A DNA stretch of 64,000 bases from Eledone cirrhosa (lineage: Eukaryota). The translations under genes were made by a program, and so were the position numbers. The stretch spans positions 88,784,001 to 88,848,000 of the forward strand of contig OZ024744.1 of NCBI GenBank assembly GCA_964016885.1, written 5' to 3'. Shown here in pieces: positions 51,910 through 64,000 of the stretch. The notes under the pieces were generated by a model. The model was given only the letters and a program-made list of their open reading frames with translations, was not told where the DNA came from and did no database searches. The first letter of the stretch is position 1, and each line of letters opens with the position of its first letter.

Positions 51910-53681
51910 CTCTGCGTCCCGGGTATCGGGCTGCACAATTTCCATGAGGGTGGAGGATGGGTTGTTGGGTGGGGTGGTGGTTTGTGGAAGTGTAGGGGCA
52001 TCAGTGTGTTGTGTGGTTGGGGTGTTTGGAGTTGTGTGGGTGTTTGGGGAGGGGGTGGGGTAGTTTTATAGGAGGACGCGGTTAATGGGCCCGACGCAGG
52101 GGGTGGGGGGACGTCCTCTTTAAAGTTGTTTTTTAGTGTTTTATAAGTGTCCTCTTAATCATTTTGAGGTGGGGGAAATCCCCTGCCTGGGTGAAGTTAG
52201 GCCCTTGGGTTTTTATCAAATTGTTGTTGTACACAATGTTTAACAGTTTTTTGTTTCTTGTGTTTATGTATGTGTATGCATGTTTTTGTTTTTGTGTGGT
52301 GTTTTTTGTTTGCTGTTGTTGTGTGCTCTTTTGTGTTGGTGTCAGTGTTATATTTTGGGGAGGGGTTGTTTTCATTTGTGTGTCTGAGGTGTGTTTTCTT
52401 TTTTTTTCTTTTGATTGTGTGGAAGTGCTCCTCCTCGTCTGACGACGAACGAGGGTCATCTTCCGCGTTGGAGGGAAGGGGTATATTTTCGGGTTGTGTT
52501 TGCGGTGCGGGTATTTTGGAAATTTTTTTTAGTGTGTGGGGGGGGACATTGTTTTGTTTTGGTTTGAGCTGTGGTTGTTGTTTTTGTAGTGGTGGTTGTG
52601 GTGATTGTGTTGGTTGTGCAGTTGTTGGTGGTGTAGGCAGGATTGGGGTTTTCTTATTAAGTTGAGGACAGACAGCACTCAGGTGACCTCTGGTTACACA
52701 GAGGTAACACGAGGGCCGCCTTCCCTCAACGGTAATGTTGATAAAAGTTTGATCATCCAGTATGACGCGTTCAGGGATCTGGGTGATCCTTTCGGGCCTC
52801 ATTTGAACTACAAGTTCGAGGCTCATTCCACTGAACGCATCACCCGATGCCTTTCCCATGGATATTAGTGTGTCCTCGTCTAGGTTCAGGAAACCTGTCA
52901 AAACCCACCATATGTCCATAATCGGCAGGATGTTGTGGATTTTTATTTTTTGTGTCCTTCTACCCATGTACGTAGGGTAGAAGGTGTATGCGGTGGATGT
53001 AATTGGTTTTATAGACAGTTTCACTGCCGTGTCCATGTCCTTCATGAGAATGGATAGACTCCCGTAGAGTCTATCCTTCTGAATGAATGTGATGTCTTTC
53101 ATGACGTCTTTTAAAACCAGCTCTATCTCACTCTGTGATGGTTGAGCTGGTTTTTGCTTTTGTTTGAGATTGTCCTAAACATGACAGTGTTTAGGAGTCT
53201 CTGGCCTTTTAGTTCCGGGGGAGTGGATCGAAAATGATCCATTTTCCCCGTACATTATGTATTTTTTGGCATCTGCCAGTAGCTCCTTAGCTTTGCTTAT
53301 ATCTACTGGCAGATAGTCGAGGGTTTTCCTTGCCGTCTGGGCAAAGGAGACCTTTTCCTTGTTTGTGTTGCTGTTGTAGTTGGTGGTGTTGTTGTTATCA
53401 TTGTTGTTGTTTTCACAGTTATTGGTCTTGTTGTTGTTGTTATTGTTATTGTTGTTGGTGTTGTTTTCGTCCGTAGCATTGTTATTGTTGTTGTTGCCGG
53501 TGCCGCTGGTTGTTTGGTTTGTTGACATGGCAATGTCAATTTGTCGGTCAGCAGGTGGAGAAAATCCTTCCTCTGGCTGACCTTTGTCTTTGACATCTGC
53601 TACTATGACAGTGGCAGGGGGAAGCTGTAAGCATATCTTCCCCTTTCCTCCTTCGAATTTTGGTGAAGAAGCTTCAGCCAT
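51904..53681 (-). pseudogene. Copy F ORF1 (Gag-like, CCHC knuckle)
   Basis: Starts MAEASSPK, contains CYLCVTRGHLSAVC and a Pro/Thr/Lys-rich tail, ends MEIVQPDTRDAER*. Split over several frames. Confidence 0.85.
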
Positions 53682-53891
53682 TTTAAAAAATGTTAGCTTT
53701 TCAAAATAAAAAACTTTTTGTTTAACTATTTCGCCTAAAGGCGTAGAATATTTTGAGAGACTGACCAGATCAAAATTTGACCTGGCAGTGCCTCTACAAA
53801 ATGGTACAAAAATGAAAGTTTACAGTCAAGAATTTCTATAGAAATTTAAGCAGAACTTACTCAGCAAGTTACACGCGTGTGTCCATCCCAG

Positions 53892-54073
<182 letters not shown>

Positions 54074-54304
54074 ATTTCTATTTATTTGCCACGAGGGGAC
54101 AAAAGAAGGGGACATTTACACAGTGGGGGAGTTTACATAAATCGAGTAAAGAAAAAAGGAATAACAATAATAATATAACAATAAAAAGTCCTCAAAAGGG
54201 AGGGGGCGTGTTGGGGATTGCACATACCCCCGAAAAGTGTGCAACTCTTTTCGCGGGGGAAGCCCAGAGAGGAGGCGCTCCCCATTTCCTCTTCACTTCT
54301 TCAC

Positions 54305-57300
54305 CTACAGAACAATGTAGAGAGAAGGCCCATTTACACGGGCCATTCTCGCTTCTTTCACCCACCTTTCATAAAACTGTCTGGGACCAAGCACTTCTCT
54401 CTCCATCCTGATCCTTCTTCCGAAGTGGTATCGGAAGAAGTAAACCAGGTGATGGCCGGAGAGAAAGTCACCCGACCTTTCAGGCGCGTCCACCACACAA
54501 CCACTTTCATCATGGCTATTACGCACAGAAAGACCGCCTCTGCTTCATTTCTGAAGGGAGGAGGCGGCTTGATGTTCACCACAGACTCGGCGGTTAATCG
54601 AATCGGCGCCACACGCGACAGCAGTCGTTCGACGTAGCCCCACAGATCGGCAACGCCCGGGCAGTGTACCAGTGCATGCGCAACGGTTTCCTCGTCGCGC
54701 ACGCATCTGGGACAGATCTTTTTCGCGGGATCCCTGCCCGGGCGCCCGTGTCTGTAGAGCTTTTCTCGAACGGGCAGAGACCCCGGTAACACTGCCAGGA
54801 TAGGGACCTCTGGAAGTTGTCCATGGGTCCCGGGCCGAAAGTTCTACCGAACAGGCTGGCCAGTTCGTCCTCCTCCATGCTTAGCGACTCTCCAAGGGTG
54901 TCGTCGCCCCTGCTAGCCACCAACCCTCTATAGAATGTCGAGGTGGATTCTCCACTGACAGTCGGGTCCGCTTGCCAGATAGCCGTGAGCGCCTGGGCAC
55001 ACTCGGTGTGCCAGTTGCCCAGTTTTCTCGGTCTTTGCTTCACCCAGGATTGCAGTTCGGTGAGCGAGACGAGCTGTGGGAAGGCTCGCCTCACAAATGG
55101 GGCCCACATCGGCTGCCCGTTGAGGAATACCTGTAGATGCCGTAGCCTCAATGCGTGCCTACGCATCAACAGCCACGGCATACCCAGCCCTCCTTTCGAA
55201 GGGTGCTGGCAGCAGATGGATCTCCTCACCATGGGAGGCCGCTTCTTCCAGAGGAACTGGAAGAGCATGCGTTCCATGATGGTGAGCTTTTCCTTGGGGC
55301 AAGGCACGACGGTCAGGCGGTAGTAGATGACGGACGCTATGTAAGCGTTCGTCACCTCCGCCCGACCTTTCAGTGATAGTTTGCACTTGGCCCACTTCTG
55401 GGTCAGCGCAAACACCCTGCTCGTCACCTCGCCCCAATTCTTCTCCACCTGGAGGTCCGGTCCGAACCAGACCCCGAGCAGCTTCACCGAGCCCTCCGTC
55501 CACCGCCCGACGACACCGTCTAACGGCATCGGTTTGCCCCTCCACGTTCCGATTTGCAAACCGACTGACTTGTCCTGGTTCAGCTTAGCCCCCGTCAGCC
55601 TTTCGTATTCCTCCAGTAGGGTGGCGATCGCCCCGATTTCTGAGGCGTCCGCCACCATTACTGTTACGTCGTCGGCATAGGCCGAGACCGCTTTGTGCAA
55701 TCCCGGTTCCAGGGGTATGCCCCGCAGCAACTCCAACTTCCGCAGCAGTGGCTCGAGAGTCAATACGTACAGAAGGGAGGAGAGGGGTCACCCCTGTCTG
55801 ATGGATCGGGTGATTTGAAACGGCTCCGAGAGGTAGCCGTTTACTTTAATCCTAGAGTAGATGTTGCCACTGTGCATGGCAGAAATCCAGCCCCTGAAAA
55901 CGGGTCCGAAGCCCGCCGCCGCTAGCACCGCATCCAGGTAACCATGGTCGACCCTATCGAACGCCTTAGATTGATCCAAGTTGATCAGGGCCCCACCAAA
56001 GCCGGGTTCGTAGCCAACCCTCTCTATGATGTATCGCATGAGGTGGAGGTTGTCGTGAATGGACCTGGACGGGATAGCGCATGTCTGCGCGTCTCCCACC
56101 AAACCACCCACCACAAGCGCCAACCTCTTCGCCAACACCTTGGCCAAAATCTGTAACTCTGCATTCAGCAGAGTTATGGGCCTAAAGTTACTTAAGTCGT
56201 CCCCCTTGCTCTCGTCCTTCCTCACTAGCGTGACCACGCCCTTGGTCACAGAACAGGGAATTCTCCCGTTCTGTTGCCAGTTGCAATAGACAGCCTCGAG
56301 GAGTTCGGAGAACAAGACCGGCATAGCTAAATAAAGTTCGTATGGTAGACCATCGAGACCCGGGGATTTGCGTCTGCTGCATTGGCTGAGCGCTTCCCCG
56401 ATTTCAGTGGCTGTGATTGGCCTTTCGCAGCACTCCGCTTCGCCGCTCGAAAGACGCGGTAGACCGTCGAGGTATGGACCGAAGTCCACATCCCCGTCCG
56501 GCCCCCCGCCACCTCCGAACAGTCGAGCAAAGTGCCTTTGAAAGGCCTCGCACATTCGCTCAGGTTCAAGGATCATCCGTCCATCCTGGTCTCGCAAAGA
56601 CCGAATGGTGGATTTAATCCCACTCTTGGCTTCTGTCACGCGGGCCCAGCTAACAGCTTTGGTCCCCTCGTTTCCTAAAGCACGTATTTTACTTCGGACA
56701 ACGCAGCCTTCGTGCTTCGCGTCAAAGAACTGGCTCAACGCCGTTCTCGCACGCTAACACTCTGGCTACGTCTCCGCTCCTAATCGCCTCTTCTAGTTTA
56801 TCTGTTAACTCCCTTTCCTTCCTATTTCTATTCGCCGCTAGTTCCTTACTGTAACCTATCGAACTTACTCTAATCTCTCTCTTTAGAGATACCCACCACC
56901 TACTGTTGACGATCGCTCCCGTCAACCGCATCTTAACTAAGCTACTAATCCGGTTTCTGTAATCTTTCTTTGTCGGCAAGGACAAGTTCATCTTCCAGTA
57001 ACCGGGACCCTGTCTATGCGTTCTATCAAGGTTGACCACGCAGGTCACTAATTTGTGATCTGAATAGCCAACCATGATCAGTTCTGGACAACTAAATACG
57101 TCCCTATCCTTACTCCTAACCAAAAACCTATCTAGGTACGATCTAGATTGTCCACTGCGGTTTGCCCAGGTCCAGGTTGGCGCAGTTGGACAATCTAGTC
57201 GAAATCTATCGACCAGGTCGAATCGATCGAGTAACCCCTTGAGGCTGCTACACCCCCCTCTATCGGGACATGCCCCTGCATAGTCCCAACGCGCATCTAG

Positions 57301-57739
57301 GATTCCATTCCAGTCCCCCACTAAAAGCAGGGAACGCGACGTTCCTAGAAAAGTCTCCAGACGCTGGAAGAAGTCGGCTCTTTCCGCCCCGAAGGGAGCA
57401 TAAAGACCGACCAGTCTGAAAGCCCCGCCTTCACCGCCTCCGACGCCCAGCACCAGTAATCGACCCCCCGGGTCCGAGTGAACAATCTGTACGTCGAGAG
57501 TCAGACGTTTATCCAGCAGTACGGCAACTCCCCCCCCCCCCGCCTCCGGGTTGACAGAGAGATGCGTGCATCTCAAAGTCATCGAAGGCGGGCGCCAGCT
57601 GTCTCACGCTGCTGATCCGACTCTCGCAAACAACCATCACATCTATACTTTGTGACCTGAGGTCACTTAGAAGCTTTGCTTGCTTCCAAGCTGAGCCCAG
57701 GCCACGCGCGTTCAAACAGCCAACTCTCAATTGATCTAT
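54305..57739 (-). pseudogene. Copy G ORF2 (APE endonuclease, RT, CCHC)
   Basis: RVGCLNARGL, VGDWN, YSDH, KSPGLDG, NFRPITLLN, KAFDRVDH, AYADD, CPRCVRDEETVAHALVHC. Confidence 0.95.
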
Positions 57740-57770
57740 TTTGGTGTTGAAAGTGAAGAAAGAAAAGCAC

Positions 57771-59573
57771 CTACCTCTCCGGGTTGCGTAATTTCCATGG
57801 CATCAGGTGTGTTGGGTGGAGGGATGTTTGGGGTGGTGTGGGGGTACACGTGTGTGGTGGGGTTGGGGTATTTGGAGTTGTGTCAGTGAGAGGGGCGGTT
57901 ATGGGGAAATCTTTCAAGAGGACGCGATTCAACGGTTTTAAACAGGGGGGGGGGGGCTCACGTCCCGTCTAAATTGTTCTTTTAAGGAACGATAAAGGTC
58001 CAGAGGGACCTTTATCATTTTTAAATGGGTGAAGTTCTCTGTTGAGATAAAGTTTGGCCCTTCGGTCTGCACCATAGGGTTATTGTTTATTAATTTAACC
58101 AGTTTTTTGTTTTCTTTATTTATATATGTGTATTGCAACGTCTTTTTTTGTGATGCTGTCAATGTTTCGGAGAGGGGAGGCGCAGATTTATTTTTGTTTG
58201 TTGAGGGTGGGGTGTTTTTGATTGGAGTTGGTGTTTGTGTGTGGGTTATTTGTGGTGTGCTGGGTGTGTGTTTTCTTTTTTTTCTTTTAACTTGTCTGAA
58301 GGCTTCTCCCCCTTCTTCTTCAGAAGTTGGGGGAAACTCTTCAGCGCTAGGTGGGAGGGACGTGTTGTGTGGTTGTTTTTTTTTTGCGGGAGAGGTAGAT
58401 TTGTTACTGTTTCTTTTATTATTTGTTTGGAATGGGTTTTGTGGTGGTGGTGGTGGTGGTAATGTTTGTGTCGTGCTTGTGGTTGGTGATGGTGATGTTT
58501 GTGTTGTGGTTGGTGGTGGTGATTTTTGTGACGTGCTTGTGTTTGGTGCTGGTGGTGGTGATGTTTGTGTTGTGTTTGTGGTTGGTGGTGTCTGTATTTT
58601 GTTTGCTGTGTGTGGTATTAGTGTATTTTTCGAGGTGGGTGGTGTTGGTGTACTGTTTGTGGTGGGTGTGGGCAATAGTCCTTTTTGGAGGATACGTTTC
58701 GGGCAGTTAGCCTTAACGTGTCCCCTTTCCATGCATAAATAGCATGCTGGTCTTCTCCCCTCTACAATTATGTATATTGGGGTAAGGTCATCCAGCCAGA
58801 TGCGATCCGGGATTTGTGCTATTCTTTCGGGCCTCATTTGGACTAGTATGTCGAGGCCCATTCCCAGGAACGCATCTCCAGTTGCCTTCCCCATTGACAG
58901 CATTGTGTCTTCGCCCATGTCTATGAAGCCAGCAATAGCCCACCAGAAGTCCATTGTGGGCAGCATTGTTTTTACTTTTACTCTCTGTGTTCTTCTACCC
59001 ATGTAGGAGGGATAGAAGCTGTATATGTCGATGAGAGTGGGCTTAGGGAAAGCTTCTCCGCCGTTTCCTTGTCTCTTGTTAGGACCGAAATGCTGCCATA
59101 GAGTCGGTCCTTTCGTATGAAGAGAATATTCTTCATATAGTCTTTTAGGACTAACTCTATTTCCATTTGGCTGGGCTGTGCTGGCTTTCTTGTCTGGTTC
59201 AGTATAGTTCTGAAGAGAACTGTGTTCTCTGTTCTTTCTTTCTTGAATTCTGGGGGGGGGGGGGGGGGTTAATGGAAAACATTCCGTTCTCCCCCAAAAC
59301 AATGTGTTTCTTTGCTTCGGCCAGTTTTTCTCTGGCGGCAGTTAGGTCAATTGGTGTGTATGTAATGGATTGTTTTGTTTTCTGGGCGAAAGTTGCCCTG
59401 TTGTTATTTGTATTATTTTCTGTTTGTTTGTTTTCCGTTTGCTCATTAACATTTGTTTTTTCATTTTCTTTGTTTGTTTCATTGTCTAATTTTGTTGTAA
59501 TTATTTTTTGTTCTTCAGACTTGGGGGGCGTGGCAGAGCTAATGGCAGACATGTCTGCCATCTTTTCCGCCAT
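57771..59573 (-). pseudogene. Copy G ORF1
   Basis: MAEKMADMS start, YPSYMGRRTQ, CYLCMERGHVKANC knuckle, Pro/Thr-rich tail. Confidence 0.85.
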
Positions 59574-59774
59574 GCTGCCAAGAAAGAAATTTTTCGGCAA
59601 AAATAGATATTTATTTTACCCCCTAAAAAGGGGGTAAATGCAAAAATGTTTCCCTAAATAACAGGGGTTAGTGTTCCAAATGTGTTGCACTGAAAAATTT
59701 ATCCGGTACTTACAATAGTAAGGGTAAATCCCGATGGAATAGCGGAGCCGATGTGAAGCGTGTCTTACTCTATC

Positions 59775-59814
<40 letters not shown>

Positions 59815-59824
59815 GAGATAGATA

Positions 59825-62800
59825 AATTTCTTTATTAGCCACAAGAACACAAAAGAAGGGGACAAATACAAATGGGGAGTTTATAAACAGGTATATGAAA
59901 ATAAAACTATTAATAAAATAACAAATAACAATTGAAATCCCCAATAGAGGGGAGGCGTTATACAGGGGTTGTACACACGCCGAAAAAATATACAACCCTC
60001 ATCTCCGGGAGCACCATGAGTGAGTACTCCCCTCCTCTCTTTCTTTTTTCCTCAACCTACAGGCTTATATAGAGAGAAGGCCCAACCACTCAGGCCATCT
60101 TTGCCACATTCATCCATCTTTTATCAAATTTGCTGGGGTACTGCACCTCTCTCTCCATCCTGATTCTTCTTCCAAAATAATATTTGGAAAAACGAATCAG
60201 TTGTTCAGCGGAGAGAAAAGTGTCTGACCTCAGCCCTTTTAACCTCGTCCACCATATAACCTCTTTCACCATAGCCACAACACATAGGAAAACCGCCTCT
60301 CCCTCGTTTTTGAAGGAGGGTGGCGGTTTGATCAAGACAATGGACTCGGTGGTCAACTGGATTGGTCCACCCGCGACAATAGTCGTTCTACATAGCCCCA
60401 CAGGTCGGTAACGCCCGGGAAGTGTACCAATGCGTGCGCGACGGTTTCCTCGTTGCGAACGCATCTCAGACAGATCTTTTTCGAAGGGTCCCTGCCCGGG
60501 CGCCCGTGTCTGTAGAGCTTGTCTCAAACTGGTAGAGCTCCTCGGTAGCACTGCCAGGCCAGGGACTTTTGGAAGTTGTCCATCGGTCCCGGGCGGAAGG
60601 TCCTACCGAACAGACTGGCCAGTTCATCTTCCTCTACGCCCAGAGTTTCTCCGAGCGCGTCGTCGCACTTGCTGCGGGCCAACCCTGTATAGAATGACGA
60701 AGTGGAGTCTCCAGTGATCGCCGGGCCTGCCTGCCAGAAGGCTGTGAGATCCTGAGCACATTCGATGTGCCAGTTGCCCATTTTCCTCGGTCTTTGCTTG
60801 ACCCAGGACTGCAGCTCGGTCAGCAAGACGAGTCGTGTGAGTGCTCGCATCACGAACGGGGCCAACACCGGTTGTCCGGTGAGAAATACGTGGAGGTGCC
60901 GCAGCCTGAGCGCGTAGTTGCGTATCGTCAGCTACGGCACCCCCAGCCCTCCGTTTGAAGAGTGTTGGAAGCAGATGGATCTTCTCACCAAAGGAGCCCG
61001 AATCTTCCAAAGGAATTGGAAGAGCTCGCGCTCTATTTTGGTGAGCATTTTGGCTGGTCATGGCAGCTTTATCGTCCTTCCGTCCAGCGACCGACGACGC
61101 CATCGGAAGGCATCGGTTTGCCTCTCCACGTACCGAGTTGCAAACGGACGGATTTGTCCCGGTTCAGCTTCGCTCCTGTGAACCTTTCGTATTCCTTCAG
61201 AAAGGTGCCGTTCTCCCCGATTTGCGAGGTGCTCGACACCATTACTGTTACGTCGTCGGAGTAGGCCTACGCCGCTTTTTGCAGTCCCGGTTCCAAAGGG
61301 ATGCCTTGCAATAGTTCCAACCTCCGCAGTAGTGGCTCGAGAGTCAGTACGTACAGAAGGGAGGAGAGAGGGCATCCCTGTCGGATGGATCGCGTGATAT
61401 GGAACGGCTCCGAGAGGTAGCCGTTCACCTTGACCCTTGAGCAGATGTTGCTGCTGTGCATTGCAGCAATCCAGCCCTTGAACACGGGTCCGAAGCCTGC
61501 CGCCTCGAGCACCGCATCCAGGTAACGTTGGTCAACCCTATGGATGTTGTCGTGTATGAATCTGGTCGGGATTGTGCATGTCTGCGCTTCTCCCACCAGG
61601 TTTGCGACGACAAACGCCAGCCTCTTTGCCAATACTTGGCCAAAATCTGTAACTCTGTGTTTAGCAGAGTTATGGGCCGGAAGTTGCCTATGTCATCCCC
61701 CTTATTCTCGTCCTTCCTGACAAACGTGACTACCCCCTTGCTCACAGAACTGGGAATTCTCCCGTTCTGCTGCCAGTTGCAGTAGACCGCTTCCAGGAGA
61801 CCGGAGAACAAGTCCGGCATTGCTACGTAAAATCCGTCGAGACCTGGAGATTTGCGTTTGCCGCATTGGCTCAGCGCGCCCCCTATCTCAGCAGCCGAAA
61901 TCGGCCTTTCGCAAAACTTCACCTTGCTGTCTGAGAGTCGCGGTAGGCCATCGAGGTATGGACCGAAATCCATAGCCCCTCCCGCGCGCCGCCCTGACCG
62001 AACAGTTGAGCAAAGTGCCGCTGAAAGGCCGCGCACATTTGCTTCGGTTCACGTATCACGCGTCCGTCTTGGTCCTTCAAAGACCGAATCGTGGACTTGT
62101 TGCCACTTTTCGCCTCCGTCACTCGGGCCCAGCTAACAGCTTTGGCTCCCTCGTTTCCCAAAGCACTAATTTTGCTTCTGATAACGCAGCCTTGATGCTT
62201 TGCGACGAAGAACTGGTCCAAGGCCGTTCTCGTCGCTAGCACGCTGGCTACGTTGCCACACCTAAGTGCCTCTTCTACTTCATCTACCAGTTCCTTTTCG
62301 GTCTTATTTCTAACTAACCCTAATTCTTTACTAATATCTATCGAGTCTAATCTAATTGCCCTCTTGAGAGAGTACCACCATCTGTTGTTGACAATGGCCC
62401 CCGTCAAGTGCTGCTTAACTAAGGTGCTAATCCGTCCACTGTAGGCTTTGCATATCGGTAACGACAGGTTCAGCTTCCAGTAGCCGGGTCCCTATCTATG
62501 GGTTTTGTCAAAGTTGACTAAGCAGGTCACTAATTTGTGATCTGAATAGGCAACCATGAACATTTGTGGACAGCTTAACAAGTCCCTATCCTTCTTTCTA
62601 ACTAGAACCCTATCTAGGTACGACCTAGATGTTCTGCTACGATTAGTCCACGTCCACAGTGGCACAGTCGGAAAATCTAGTCGATAGCTATCGGCCAGGT
62701 CAAATCGGCCGATTAACTGTTTGAGGCTGTTACACCCCCCTTTATCGGGACATGCTCCCACATAGTCCCAACGTGCATATAGAATTCCATTACAGTCCCC

Positions 62801-64000
62801 CACTAAAAGAAAGGATCGGGACGTTTCCAGAAAAGTCTCTAGACGTTTGAAGAAGTCTGGCCACCAGTCTGAAGGCTCCACCTTCACTACCGTCAACGTC
62901 TAGGACCACTAGTCGACCGTCCGGGTCCAGATGTACCGTCTGTGTTACGAGGTCTAGGTGTTTCCGCAGCAAAACGGTACCCCGCCACCAGCTCCCGACT
63001 GACAGGCGACCTGAGGTCGTTTAAGAGTTTGCCCTGTTTCCAGGGCATCCCCAGGCCGCGTACATTCACACATCCAACTCTTATATTGGCCATGTTGGTG
63101 CTGAAAAGTTAAAAGAAGAGGAAAAGAAACCACTCACCTCTTCGTCTCCTGGGGACCAGGCTGCACAATTTCCATCGGGGTGTTGGAGGGTATGTTTGGT
63201 GGGATGGTGGTTTCTGGTGGGGTGGGGACGGAGGTGTTTGGTGGGAAGGGGGTGTTTGGTGGGATGGGGGTGACTGGGGTCGGGGTGCCTGTGGTGGGGA
63301 GACCTTTGAAGAGGACGCGGTTGATTGGTTTCACGCAGAAATTCCCCACGTCCTCTTCAAATGTTTCTTTTAGGGACCTATAAGTTCCTATAGGGACTCT
63401 GATCAGTTTTAGGTTCGTTTTTTTTGTTTTTGTTGGCGTTATCCAAAGTTTTCCCTTCGGTTTTGACCAAAGGGTTGTTTTTGATGGTCTCCATCAGTGT
63501 TCTATTTTCTTCGTTTATGTAAGTGTATGTGTACTTTTCCTGTGTTGTGTTTGTTTTTGTCTGTCGTTCCTGCGTGTGTTTTCTCTTTGTTGTGGGTGTT
63601 CTGTTTTCGAGAGGGGGAATTTTTGTTTGTGATTTTTGTGCTGATGTTTGTGTCTTTGTTTCGTTTTTGTTCATGCGGTGCTTTCTTTTTTTTTCTTTTC
63701 ACGTGTTGGAAGCGTTGCTCCTCATCGCCGCTGCGTGCCGTCGATAGGGGTTCCTCATCCGTGTTGATGGGTAGGGGTATGTTTTGGGTTCTGTAGTGTC
63801 TGTGTGTGTTTTTGTATTTGTTTTGGGTGGGGAGAGGTTGGATGGGATAGTGTTATGTGTTGTTTTTTCTTGTTGTTTTTGTTGTTGTGGTGGCGGTGGT
63901 GGTGGTTGTGTTGTTATTTGTGGTGTCGGCAAAAGTGGTTTTCTTTTTGTCAATTGAGGACAGGCAGCCCTTAGTGACCTCTGCTTGCGCAGTGGTAACA
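59825..64000 (-). mobile_element. Tx1-clade LINE copy H, decayed with internal deletions, runs off the window end in ORF1
   Basis: ORF2 start MANIRVGCVNVRGL at 63093, QGCPLS, and ORF1 knuckle CYHCASRGH at the window edge. The 3' UTR closely matches copy C. Confidence 0.95.

Larger units (their letters stand above)
54073..59776 (-). mobile_element. Tx1-clade LINE copy G, full length (~5.7 kb), frameshifted
   Basis: ORF1 and ORF2 homologous to F but with a different 5' UTR. (GATA)n on both flanks. Confidence 0.96.

Noticed and set aside
54943-58742. Plus-strand ORFs antisense to LINE ORF1 and ORF2
   Set aside because: They are shadow frames of GC-rich coding sequence and are not independently supported.

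Overview
AT-rich, microsatellite-dense animal intergenic DNA. The repeat make-up suggests a mollusc, most likely an octopus or other cephalopod (inference only). I find no supportable host protein-coding gene, and most ORF-track entries are translations of simple repeats. The window is dominated by eight minus-strand Tx1-clade (L1-group) non-LTR retrotransposons, labelled A-H. Six of them (C-H) are embedded in (GATA)n and four of these form a head-to-tail array over 44-64 kb. The other two (A, B) end in (ATT)n. Other elements: two Penelope-like (GIY-YIG) fragments with minimal hammerhead ribozymes, several ORF-less fold-back hammerhead elements, two tRNA-derived SINE families, three non-autonomous Helitrons, hAT and piggyBac-type MITEs, a mariner relic and a SINE-derived minisatellite. 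Main leads: (1) microsatellite-specific Tx1 lineages, (GATA)n versus (ATT)n; (2) a conserved 5' splice-donor motif on the ORF1 stop codon and an acceptor-like motif on the ORF2 stop codon, so ORF2 looks like a removable intron; (3) a SINE whose 3' tail and ATTA target preference match the (ATT)n Tx1 lineage. Coordinates were read by eye and may be off by a few bases.
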